NCBI GenBank assembly: GCA_000387965.1
Contig: APJZ01000002.1
Span: forward strand, 60,001 to 92,000
DNA length: 32,000 nucleotides
DNA from: Candidatus Nanobsidianus stetteri
Lineage (GTDB): Archaea; Nanobdellota; Nanobdellia; Nanobdellales; Nanobdellaceae
Direction of reading: 5' to 3'
The notes beneath the pieces are model-generated. The model did not search any database and was not told the DNA's origin. It was given only the letters and a program-made list of their open reading frames with translations. Positions 1 through 8,617 of this stretch are shown piece after piece (the stretch's first letter is position 1; each line of letters opens with the position of its first letter). Both the position numbers and the translations under genes were made by a program.

Positions 1-897
1 TTTTTTATATGAAGATATATATAAGATTATGATAGAAATTAATAAAACTAAAAATGCTGAAATAATTGGTATAACATCTTGACTAGAAAATTTTATTGGA
101 GATATCATTCCAAGAATTCCAGTAAATATTGTGAAAGCCGATATTTCTTCTCCAGATATTGATGCCATACTAATATTAAGATCCTTATCTTTAAACCAGG
201 AAAAATGACCATATAATATATCTGGTAATGTAAATAAAATTAAGGATATTGCATAACCAATTAATGGTATAGATAAATTTAATCCTTGTAAAGTATTTGA
301 AATATTATTTAATATATTTCCACCAATATATATTATTGATATTGCTAGAGCAATTTCTAAAGAAAAAACCGTTGCCTTAAAATATTCATAAAATGAACTT
401 TTAGGTATGTATATATTTTTTTCGCTTTTTTTCCTATATTTATACAATAAAAATATAGAAATTATAATAAATATAAGATATAAAATAGATCCGGAAAAGA
501 AATTTATTTGTTTAAATATCAATACAACAACTTGTGCTATTATTGAAATCATAATTAGAGATAGTACATTACTATCAATCATTCCCTTCTTAAAATTAAA
601 TGCTAATATAAATGAACCTAAAGTAATTGTATAATCTAATACTACATTATATAATTGAAAATAATATCCTAGTTTTGGATCTCCATTTAATGCTACTGAT
701 AAACCCGGTAAAAAAGATTGCAAAGCAGAAGCTATTCCTGCTGTATATATTAATAAATAATGTTCTGGCCATGAAGAGTAATATTTTGAATATTTTTCAA
801 TATACTTTAATATAATATTTTCAGATAAATATATTAGAAAAGCATATATAAGTAAAGGTATAAGAGTTGATATGATAATTATTAAGTAATTTGTCAT
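1..897 (-). CDS. polytopic integral membrane protein; its 3' end lies outside the window (299 codons visible)
   Basis: It is absent from the ORF track because it runs off the window. The complement of 895-897 is ATG. I read the reverse frame codon by codon down to position 1 and saw no stop. The translation MTNYLIIIISTLIPLLIYAFLIYLSENIILKYIEKYSKYYSSWPEHYLLIYTAGIASALQSF... is a series of hydrophobic helices. I recognise no family. The + strand track ORFs 407-634 and 627-815 are low-complexity shadows of this gene. Confidence 0.6.
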   Translation of the reverse strand, partial: MTNYLIIIISTLIPLLIYAFLIYLSENIILKYIEKYSKYYSSWPEHYLLIYTAGIASALQSFLPGLSVALNGDPKLGYYFQLYNVVLDYTITLGSFILAFNFKKGMIDSNVLSLIMISIIAQVVVLIFKQINFFSGSILYLIFIIISIFLLYKYRKKSEKNIYIPKSSFYEYFKATVFSLEIALAISIIYIGGNILNNISNTLQGLNLSIPLIGYAISLILFTLPDILYGHFSWFKDKDLNISMASISGEEISAFTIFTGILGMISPIKFSSQDVIPIISAFLVLLISIIILYISSYKK

Positions 898-933
898 AAA
901 AGATTAATAACTATCAAGATTTAATAATTTTCT

Positions 934-1449
934 ATGGATGACTGTATATATTGTAAAATTGCAAATAAAACATTGACATCTTATATTTTATATGAGGATA
1001 ATGATATAATATGTGTATTAGATATTTTGCCACCTTCAAAAGGATCCTTTTTAGTATTTCCAAAATTACATATAGAAGATTATACAAGTTTAAATGATGA
1101 AATAAATCAAAAAATGTTTACAATTTCAAAATATATATCAATAGTATTAAAAAATAAATTGAAATTTGATGGATTAAATATTCTATTATCTTCTGGAGAA
1201 ACAGGACAAAAATATAGACATATTGTTATTCAGGTTATACCGAGATTTAAAGATGACAATATTAAAATATATTTTAATAGATTTAGAGAAGATCCTTCTT
1301 TTTTAGAAGAATTAAAGAAATATATAACTACAGAATTAATAAGGATGAGCCAACAATATTTAAATTCTGAAAAAAAGGAAGAGAGGGAGGAAATAAAAAA
1401 AGATATAGATTATAAATTATTAAATCAGTGGTTTGAAAAAAGAATATAA
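934..1449 (+). CDS. HIT (histidine triad)-like protein with a degenerate triad
   Basis: Track ORF. CIYCKI, VLDILPPSKGSFLVFPK and GQKYRHIVIQVIPRF follow the Hint/HIT family layout (CxxC ... P.s.GH.LviPk ... GQ.v.HlHvHviPR). The triad reads H-I-V-I-Q instead of H-x-H-x-H. A C-terminal K/E-rich extension of about 55 aa follows. Confidence 0.75.
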   Translation: MDDCIYCKIANKTLTSYILYEDNDIICVLDILPPSKGSFLVFPKLHIEDYTSLNDEINQKMFTISKYISIVLKNKLKFDGLNILLSSGETGQKYRHIVIQVIPRFKDDNIKIYFNRFREDPSFLEELKKYITTELIRMSQQYLNSEKKEEREEIKKDIDYKLLNQWFEKRI

Positions 1450-1471
1450 ATAAATATTTTAAAGATATTTT

Positions 1472-3202
1472 ATGGCGGATCTTAAGGATGATATATTGAA
1501 TAGTGAATATAAAGATAGAGTACTCGGAATAATGGAATTTAAAGAAAAGAATGAGAATATAATGAATTTATTGAAAGAATTGATTTATTATAGCTCAATA
1601 ATGGTAAGGGATGACTTATTTGAAAAATATAAAAGAGAGATAGAAGTTTATAAGCATTGGATAATAATTTTATCAGATTTTGATTTAAGTCCAGAAGAGA
1701 AAGTAAAATTAAAGGCATCTTTTCTAGAAAAATATTTGCAAAAAATAAAAAATGAAAAATTGGATATATGGTTACATGTTTTATTAATTGAAGACATAAG
1801 AAACATTGCTATGGATTCAAGATTTGAGTTATTAGATTTATTAGCAATTGGAAATGTAATATATGATAAAGGAATATTTGGAATATTTAGGTTAACAAGT
1901 GTTCATAAAAAATTAATAATCGATATATTACAGAAATATGTTGTTGCATATGTTTTGGCAGGATCTCAAGTAAAGGGAAGAAGTGTTGAATCCTCCGATG
2001 TAGATATATATGTTGTAATTGATGACACGGATGTTAAACAACATACATTTGAAGAATTAAAAATGAAATTAATGGATTTAATATTAAATAAAGCAATAGA
2101 AGCTAAAATATTAGTAAACTCTAATAAAGAATTACATCCGCAAGTTTATACTCTAACAGAATTCTGGTTAGCAATGTCAGAATCAAATCCGGTAATAATT
2201 ACATTCTTAAGGGATGGAATACCATTATATGATAGAGGAATGTTTATTGCATGGAAACAATTATTATTAAAGGGAATTATAAAACCATCACAAGAGGCTG
2301 CTAATAAATATATAATTGCTGCGGAAAATGCATTGAAAGAAGCTAGAAATAAATTGAAAAATATGATAAATAATTTAATAATTGAAGATTTGGCAGTTGC
2401 AATGGTTACTTCTGCTCAGGCAGTAATAATGGATTATGGTTTGTTACCAGGAGATCCAAAAGAAACTCCAGAGATGTTAAAAAAATTGTTTGTAGATAAG
2501 GGAATATTGAGTATGGAATATGTAAATATATTATCTGAAGTATGGAAAATGAGAAAAGATTTTGAGCATGGTAAAGTAAATGAATATAAATATGAGGATT
2601 TAATGAATGTATTTGAAAAGGCTGAGAAATTTATATCTGAAATGAAAAATATAAAGCAGATTATTGATAAAGAGAATGAAAAGAAAACAATAGATAATTA
2701 TATATTAATTTATGAAGAACTAAAGGTAAAGTTCCAGGATTTATTTAATGTTGAATATAATAACTATGTAAAAGAAAAAATGCCAATAGAATATAATGGA
2801 TTAGAAAATTTGGAAAATAATATTAAGAATTATAAGGAAAAGAAGTACGATATAATTGAAATGGAAAAATTAAAAGAATCCTTATTATATCATATTAGGA
2901 ATATAAGAAATTTAATTGAAAATAAGAGGGAAGAAATACTGTTGAGATTTAAATATTCAATAATGGATAAAGAAAAAAATAAAAACTATGATCTATATTT
3001 GTCAAAATCTAAATTATATATAGTAACAGAAAATGGAATTGATATATATGATAATAATGGGAATAAAATCGGTACATTTAATGATCCAAAATATAGAGAA
3101 GAAATGATCAAAGATATTAGCAAAGATGGTTTAAATTATTTAGATAATAATATAATTGGTGTACTAAATAAAATATTTAAAGATTATTATATATCAAAAT
3201 AG
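1472..3202 (+). CDS. large fused minimal nucleotidyltransferase (MNT) plus HEPN-like protein
   Basis: Track ORF. The pol-beta-type NTase signature GSQVKGRSVESSDVDIYVVIDD (G-S ... D-x-D) lies at nt 1961-2026. A helical domain follows, ending in MRKDFEH (R361-x4-H366, nt 2552-2569), the HEPN R-x4-6-H motif. There are about 160 aa of N-terminal and 200 aa of C-terminal K/E/N-rich extension. Confidence 0.65.
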   Translation: MADLKDDILNSEYKDRVLGIMEFKEKNENIMNLLKELIYYSSIMVRDDLFEKYKREIEVYKHWIIILSDFDLSPEEKVKLKASFLEKYLQKIKNEKLDIWLHVLLIEDIRNIAMDSRFELLDLLAIGNVIYDKGIFGIFRLTSVHKKLIIDILQKYVVAYVLAGSQVKGRSVESSDVDIYVVIDDTDVKQHTFEELKMKLMDLILNKAIEAKILVNSNKELHPQVYTLTEFWLAMSESNPVIITFLRDGIPLYDRGMFIAWKQLLLKGIIKPSQEAANKYIIAAENALKEARNKLKNMINNLIIEDLAVAMVTSAQAVIMDYGLLPGDPKETPEMLKKLFVDKGILSMEYVNILSEVWKMRKDFEHGKVNEYKYEDLMNVFEKAEKFISEMKNIKQIIDKENEKKTIDNYILIYEELKVKFQDLFNVEYNNYVKEKMPIEYNGLENLENNIKNYKEKKYDIIEMEKLKESLLYHIRNIRNLIENKREEILLRFKYSIMDKEKNKNYDLYLSKSKLYIVTENGIDIYDNNGNKIGTFNDPKYREEMIKDISKDGLNYLDNNIIGVLNKIFKDYYISK

Positions 3203-3204
3203 AG

Positions 3205-3549
3205 ATGAAGGGAGTAATATTAAATTATAGGATGGGTAGGCATCATATATATCCAAATCAGGTAATAGTAAAATTTGAAAATATAAATAATAAGTATGAG
3301 GCAAGTAAATATATTGGAAAGCATGTAATATGGGTAAGTCCAGGAAAGAAAATTTTTATTGGAAAAATTGTTGATGTACATGGAAATAAGGGTAATTTAA
3401 GGGTTAGATTTAATAAAGGAATACCTGGACAAGCTTTGGGAGATATTGTTTTATTAATAGATAATATAGATAAAGTAAAGGAAATAAGGGAAAAAATAAA
3501 AAATGCAAAAGATATAAATCAAATAAGGAGTATTTTAATTAATGCTTAA
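3205..3549 (+). CDS. rpl35ae: ribosomal protein eL33 (L35Ae)
   Basis: YRMGRHHIYPNQVIVKFENI and IGKHVIWVSPGKKIFIGKIVDVHGNKGNLRVRFNKGIPGQALGDIV match the eL33 family pattern. The gene starts 2 nt after the upstream stop. Confidence 0.85.
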   Translation: MKGVILNYRMGRHHIYPNQVIVKFENINNKYEASKYIGKHVIWVSPGKKIFIGKIVDVHGNKGNLRVRFNKGIPGQALGDIVLLIDNIDKVKEIREKIKNAKDINQIRSILINA

Positions 3550-4207
3550 ATTTACTGGAACTGAAGGTTTAATATTTTTTGATAAAATTTTAGTTATTTC
3601 TGATTTACATATTGGTATAGAAAAGGAATTATATAAAAAGGGGATAAATATTCCTTCTCAAGTAAATTATTATATAAATAAAATAAAGAAAATTTATGAA
3701 AAGTATAAAATAGAGTATTTAATAATTGATGGGGATTTAAAACATAATATACCTGAAACAAGTTTACAGGAAATGTCAGATATTCCATACTTTATAAATG
3801 AAATTTCTCAATATTTCAAGAAAATATATATAATAAAGGGGAATCATGATGGAGATATTGAAGAATTAATTAATGGAATAAATAATGTTAAAATTTTAAA
3901 AGCATTAAAAATAAAAAATGTTGTATTTACTCATGGAAATTTGAATACAAAGTTAAATGGAAAATATTATGTTATCGGGCATCATCATTTTGCAAAAAGT
4001 ATTTCTACAAGTATTGGGGAAAGTATATATGAAAAAGTTTTCGTAATTGGTTATAAAGATAATAAAGTAATTATAATTTTACCTGCATTTTCTGATTTAG
4101 CTGGATTATGGGATACCGGAGAATTTCAAGGTCCAATTGCAAAGGGGATAAAAAAATATGAAGTATATACTCTAGATGGAATTTTAATTGAGGAAAAGGA
4201 AGTTTAA
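3542..4207 (+). CDS. small calcineurin-like metallophosphoesterase (COG1407-type MPE, Lhr-associated class)
   Basis: The ordered motifs ISDLHIG, IIDGDLKH, IIKGNHD, FTHGN and IGHHHF are the metallophosphoesterase metal ligands. The start overlaps the eL33 stop by 8 nt. The gene lies immediately upstream of an Lhr-type helicase. Confidence 0.8.
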   Translation: MLKFTGTEGLIFFDKILVISDLHIGIEKELYKKGINIPSQVNYYINKIKKIYEKYKIEYLIIDGDLKHNIPETSLQEMSDIPYFINEISQYFKKIYIIKGNHDGDIEELINGINNVKILKALKIKNVVFTHGNLNTKLNGKYYVIGHHHFAKSISTSIGESIYEKVFVIGYKDNKVIIILPAFSDLAGLWDTGEFQGPIAKGIKKYEVYTLDGILIEEKEV

Positions 4208-4383
4208 AAAATTTTAATATTGTATAAAATGTTTAGTTTTATTTATTAAATTAATTTTGTTTCTAAGATTCTTTTAATTTTTAATTAATTTATGTAAATA
4301 ATTGGAATTATTCTTTATTGCATCATTTCTAACTATTTTTTTTAAAAGAATTTTTTATTTTTTCAATACTTTTAAATGCTATA

Positions 4384-4391
4384 TTTATAAA
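4384..4391 (+). promoter_or_regulatory. TATA-like box for the lhr-like gene
   Basis: TTTATAAA is centred about 31 nt upstream of ATG 4419. It lies within a 211-nt AT-only spacer. The spacing fits a short-leader or leaderless archaeal mRNA. Confidence 0.35.
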
Positions 4392-4418
4392 AAATTTTTA
4401 GAAAAATATAAATTATCT

Positions 4419-5570
4419 ATGACATATAAACTTAATAAAAAAGTAGAAGAATTATTCTTTGAAAGATTTAAAGATTTTAATCCAATTCAAAAAATAGCAA
4501 TTCCCGAAATATTAAATGGAAATAATACCTTAATTGTTGCACCTACAGGATCTGGAAAAACAGAGGCTGCGATATTACCTGTATTTTCAAAAATATTGGA
4601 ATTAAAGGAAAAAGGAGTTGAAAATCAATTATTAGGAATTTATATATCTCCATTGAGAGCATTGAATAGAGATTTATTGGATAGAATAAAATGGTGGTGT
4701 GATAATTTAGGTATAACTGTTGCAGTAAGACATGGAGATACAGAGGAAAAAGAAAGAGCAAGATTATCCAAAAAACCTGTAGAATTTTTAATAACAACGC
4801 CAGAAACTTTCCAAATATTATTTTTAGGAAAAAGATTAAGAGAACAATTAAAAACAGTAAAATATGTTATTATTGATGAATTGCATGAATTATTAAATGA
4901 AAAAAGAGGAATACAGCTATCTTTAGGTTTAGAAAGATTGGTAAATTATGCTGGAGAATTTCAGAGGATTGCAATATCTGCAACAATAGGAGATTTGGAT
5001 GAAGCTGCAAAATTTATTTTTGGATATAGGAATTATAAAATTGCATATTGGTATGCAGAGAAAAAATATCATATAGAAGTATATTATCCGGAAATTGGTG
5101 AAGAAGATTTAAAATTGTCAAGGAAATATAATTGGAATCCAAAAATAGCATGGAGTTTAAGGAAAATAAAGGAAATATTAGATAAACATAAATCTGTAAT
5201 AATATTTGTAAATACAAGAGAAATGGCAGAATTATTGTCTTCAAGATTTAAGGTTTGGTTACCAGAATATAAGATTGAAATACATCATAGTTCTTTATCA
5301 AGAGAGGTGAGGGAAAGAAATGAAAAATTATTTAAGGAAGGGAAAATTAAAGCAATTATTGCAACGTCTTCTTTAGAACTTGGTATAGATATTGGATATG
5401 TTGATGCTGTTATTCAATATAATTCGCCTAGACAGGTTACAAGGTTAATACAGAGGATTGGAAGAGCTGGTCATAGGTTGCATGAGGTATCCATTGGATA
5501 TATAATTACAACAGATATAGATGATTATGCAGAAAGTTTGGCAATTAAAAAATTTGCATTGGAAAAATAA
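4419..5570 (+). CDS. lhr: Lhr-type superfamily 2 helicase, RecA1+RecA2 core only (truncated or split)
   Basis: Motifs seen: Walker A APTGSGKTEAA, ISPLRALNRD, RHGDT, TTPETF, IIDELHEL, KRGIQLSLGLERL...FQRIAISATIG, and motif VI QRIGRAGHR. The track ORF starts at TTG 4302 with a junk-like hydrophobic leader. The first ATG (4419, MTYKLNKKVEELF) follows a TATA box, so I call 4419. The protein ends about 30 aa after motif VI. Confidence 0.85.
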   Translation: MTYKLNKKVEELFFERFKDFNPIQKIAIPEILNGNNTLIVAPTGSGKTEAAILPVFSKILELKEKGVENQLLGIYISPLRALNRDLLDRIKWWCDNLGITVAVRHGDTEEKERARLSKKPVEFLITTPETFQILFLGKRLREQLKTVKYVIIDELHELLNEKRGIQLSLGLERLVNYAGEFQRIAISATIGDLDEAAKFIFGYRNYKIAYWYAEKKYHIEVYYPEIGEEDLKLSRKYNWNPKIAWSLRKIKEILDKHKSVIIFVNTREMAELLSSRFKVWLPEYKIEIHHSSLSREVRERNEKLFKEGKIKAIIATSSLELGIDIGYVDAVIQYNSPRQVTRLIQRIGRAGHRLHEVSIGYIITTDIDDYAESLAIKKFALEK

Positions 5571-5571
5571 A

Positions 5572-6843
5572 TTAATGAAGAAGTTTTTCTAAAAATTTTA
5601 TTCTTTCATTAATTAAATTTTCCATTTCTCTTATATAAACTTTTGATCTGTCTAATGCAGATAATATTCCAATTTCATATTTTCTATCACCAGGAGTATG
5701 TAAAAGTTTCTTAAGTCTTAATCCAATATCATTTTTAAATGCATCTTCATATTGATAAAACCTAATTAATAATATTTTTACATTGTTGTACTCTTTTGCT
5801 ACATCATTTATTTCTGATAATATTTGTTGATATTGTGAATAGAAATTACTATAGATGTTATTTAATATATTTTTTAGTTCATCTTTATCGTTATTGTCTA
5901 ATCCAAGTTTCCAGATTTCTCTTAATGTATAATCACGAAGTTGGCTTAATGATGGAATGTATGGTATATCTGTATTCAGACTATCTCTTTTATGTTCTAA
6001 GTTTTTAATAAGATTCTCTAGGTCATTTATTTGATTAGGTTGCAATCTACCTTTATACGTATTTAAATAGCCATTATATCTACTTATTAATTCATTAATA
6101 AATGTTTTATATGTATCTCTTAATTTAGATAAAATATTTTTAAATTTTGCCTCTGCATTGTCGAGTTTTGCCCTTATATTTGCTAAATCATTGTTAATTT
6201 TTTCTATTCCTTCCATTAGATATTTTGCATCTTCTTCAGAAAGATCTTTTTTTACTTTCTTTAACTCCTTTTCTATTTCTACTAAATCTTTTTCTATATT
6301 GGCTGCAAAAGATTTAATTGAATGATGGAAACTTTTTCCATAAGAAATTGTAGCTCTTCCAAAGAAAAATAAAGCTATTAATACAAGTATTAATAAAATA
6401 AATCCATAAAGATTAAATAAAAATGGTATAGCATAACCTATTGCTATTGCAGAAAATAAGCTTAGAGTAAATATAAATAATATTTTAGATTTTCTCATTG
6501 TTTCGCTTTCGGTTATTTTAGCTCTTTGTATAAATATTTCAAAAAGATAAGTATATATTGCAACAAAGAATAAAATAGTCATTAAAAATACTATAATAGT
6601 CCAAATATAGGATGGTACTCCATTAATAGATAAAAAATTGGCTAAATATTGACCTGCAGTTGAATAACCACTAGCTGAAGAGTTAATAATCCATTGGATA
6701 ATATAATTTGATTCTAAACTACTTACTGCATTATTTTGTTCAGATGTTCCTTGTGAATATACTGAAAAAATAAACCCTATTAAGAATAGGACAGTAAATA
6801 TAGTAGTTATTAACTTCTTATTAATATTTTTTGTACCTTCCAT
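5572..6843 (-). CDS. membrane protein: signal/anchor, 3-4 TM helices and a long cytosolic coiled-coil-like tail (type A)
   Basis: The track ORF starts at TTG 6864. The first ATG (6843) lies about 27 nt downstream of TTTATAAA on this strand. The signal region ends in VYSQG. The TM cluster includes IWTIIVFLMTILFFVAIYTYLF and ILFIFTLSLFSAIAIGYAIPFLFNLYGFILLILVLIALFFF. About 250 aa of K/E/N/L-rich helical sequence follow. The stop is 1 nt from the convergent lhr stop. Confidence 0.6.
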   Translation of the reverse strand: MEGTKNINKKLITTIFTVLFLIGFIFSVYSQGTSEQNNAVSSLESNYIIQWIINSSASGYSTAGQYLANFLSINGVPSYIWTIIVFLMTILFFVAIYTYLFEIFIQRAKITESETMRKSKILFIFTLSLFSAIAIGYAIPFLFNLYGFILLILVLIALFFFGRATISYGKSFHHSIKSFAANIEKDLVEIEKELKKVKKDLSEEDAKYLMEGIEKINNDLANIRAKLDNAEAKFKNILSKLRDTYKTFINELISRYNGYLNTYKGRLQPNQINDLENLIKNLEHKRDSLNTDIPYIPSLSQLRDYTLREIWKLGLDNNDKDELKNILNNIYSNFYSQYQQILSEINDVAKEYNNVKILLIRFYQYEDAFKNDIGLRLKKLLHTPGDRKYEIGILSALDRSKVYIREMENLINERIKFLEKLLH

Positions 6844-7079
6844 TTTGTCATATAAATTCGTCAAAATTTATAAATTATTTCCTTATAACTATAACAAAAA
6901 AGAGAATAAACATAGAAAAATTAAATGAAAAATTATTAAATAAATAAATAAAAAGTATAATGTATTGGCTTTATATTTATTTAAGATCACTTTCCTCATA
7001 ACCTTTTTTATTTTTAAATATTTTCTAATGTCAAATTTAATACATTATTTAATTTTTTATTTGAAATTTCGCATTTTTA

Positions 7080-7124
7080 TAGGTTTAGAAAGATTTGTAA
7101 ATTATGCTTGAGAATTTCAAAGAA
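7080..7124 (+). pseudogene. decayed copy of an internal lhr segment (matches 4924-4968)
   Basis: 41 of 45 positions are identical to 4924-4968, which encodes LGLERLVNYAGEFQR. In the copy, GGA has become the stop TGA. All four differences are G in the gene and A or T in the copy. The copy sits in the 442-nt non-coding spacer 6865-7306. Confidence 0.5.
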
Positions 7125-7306
7125 AGAGATCTTCTTTAATAGATGTCTTTATGTAAAGTTTATTTAAATCTTTTGGATTAGTTGTAAGATAGTAAAAGTT
7201 ATCTTATTAATAGATCATTCTAAATATTTTTTTATAATTTTAAATGCTATATAATTAGATTTGTAAATAGTTCAATAAGAATATAACAATCTTTAATTAG
7301 CTCTAA

Positions 7307-8569
7307 TTAGCGTATTTTAAGGTTTTTTAAAATACCTTTACTTAAATTAATTGCTGTCTTATAATATTTTAATAATCCCTTTGGATTTCCTCTAAATTTA
7401 CGTAAATTAAGTAAAGATTTAGATAAATTTTTTGTAGAGTTAAGTGTAGTAGATAATATTTCTATTTTTTTTAATGAAGATATACTGGGATTTTCATAAA
7501 TAGCGTTGGTAGTATTTTTTATTATTTGTATTTCTCTTTTTAGAGCCCCCTCATTATCTAAAGATAAGAGAGCAGCAATATTAGGATTTATATTTAAATT
7601 ATTATTTATTTCATTTGCATATTTCCTACTAATAGCTTCTGCAGAAATTAACAATCTATTTAAATCTGCAAATATTTTCTGACCTTCTTCGTATGTAGTA
7701 TTCAATCTCGTATTCAGGTCGTTTAGTATTTTTCTTAATACTATCAAATACTTCGGTGTAAATTTATTTGTTCTAAATATTCTATTTCCAAACCTTCTTA
7801 ATAAAGAAATATTACTAAACATAGTATTTATTATTCTACTTAACTGTTCGGTTTTATATATGGTATCCTTATATACCATATTGAATTTTGATGAAGAAGC
7901 TACTAACATATGTTGAGTTAATCTTTCATTTTCAGTTTCTTTTAATAGGTATAATATTATATTATTTAGAGTTTCTATATCTTTTTCTATAGGATTTAAT
8001 AAGTTTCTTATGTAAGGATGATTTATTATTCTATATAGTTTATTTATATCTCTCAGAATTCCTTTTGTATCTCTATTAAAATTCCTAATATCTGATGTAG
8101 ATCTTGAGAAAATACCACTTAATCCGGGATTAATCTTGCTTAAGCTTTCTTTAAAACTTTCTAATTTAGATTTACCAATTCTAAATACTTTTATTATAAA
8201 TGCAGTAATTAATATAGGCATAACAAAAGGCCAAAAAAGGTATGTAAGTATTAAAGACATTAATGCTGAGATTGCAAACTTTTGGGATTCGGGAGCTAGA
8301 CTATTAAAAATATTTAAGAATCTTCTAAATATAAAAAGTAAAGCTAAAAATGTGACTATATATGGTAAATTTTCTATAATAATTGGTGCTAGAGGACCTA
8401 AATATTGAGAAAGAATATTAGCAGAGGATTCTAATAATTGTTTATCTAAATATAATGTACCTATCGATTCATTATACCATGTATAAATATAATTATTTGA
8501 TTGAGAATAAATGTTAGTAGAGTTTAAGATAAAGGTCAAGATTATCAGATATTTATAATTTTTTATCAT
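7307..8569 (-). CDS. membrane protein: signal/anchor, TM cluster and a long cytosolic helical tail (type B, same architecture as 5572-6843)
   Basis: Track ORF. The ATG lies about 28 nt after a TATA-like box (complement of 8591-8602). The signal region ends in IYSQS. TM helices include LPYIVTFLALLFIF and LILTYLFWPFVMPILITAFII. About 290 aa of N/L/I/K/R-rich helical tail follow. Confidence 0.6.
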   Translation of the reverse strand: MIKNYKYLIILTFILNSTNIYSQSNNYIYTWYNESIGTLYLDKQLLESSANILSQYLGPLAPIIIENLPYIVTFLALLFIFRRFLNIFNSLAPESQKFAISALMSLILTYLFWPFVMPILITAFIIKVFRIGKSKLESFKESLSKINPGLSGIFSRSTSDIRNFNRDTKGILRDINKLYRIINHPYIRNLLNPIEKDIETLNNIILYLLKETENERLTQHMLVASSSKFNMVYKDTIYKTEQLSRIINTMFSNISLLRRFGNRIFRTNKFTPKYLIVLRKILNDLNTRLNTTYEEGQKIFADLNRLLISAEAISRKYANEINNNLNINPNIAALLSLDNEGALKREIQIIKNTTNAIYENPSISSLKKIEILSTTLNSTKNLSKSLLNLRKFRGNPKGLLKYYKTAINLSKGILKNLKIR

Positions 8570-8617
8570 AATGATCTAAAAATATTTTGTACTTTATAAA
8601 AGTTATTATAAAAAATA

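Noticed and set aside
407-815. Two + strand track ORFs (75 and 62 aa) at the left end
   Set aside because: Their translations are low-complexity I/N/L/Y sequence. They lie antisense to a long, uninterrupted minus-strand membrane-protein frame (1-897) that explains the region better.
4302-4418. TTG-initiated 39-aa N-terminal extension of the helicase ORF
   Set aside because: The extension is F/I/Y-rich translated spacer that contains the TATA-like box itself. The first ATG at 4419 gives a normal Lhr N-terminus.
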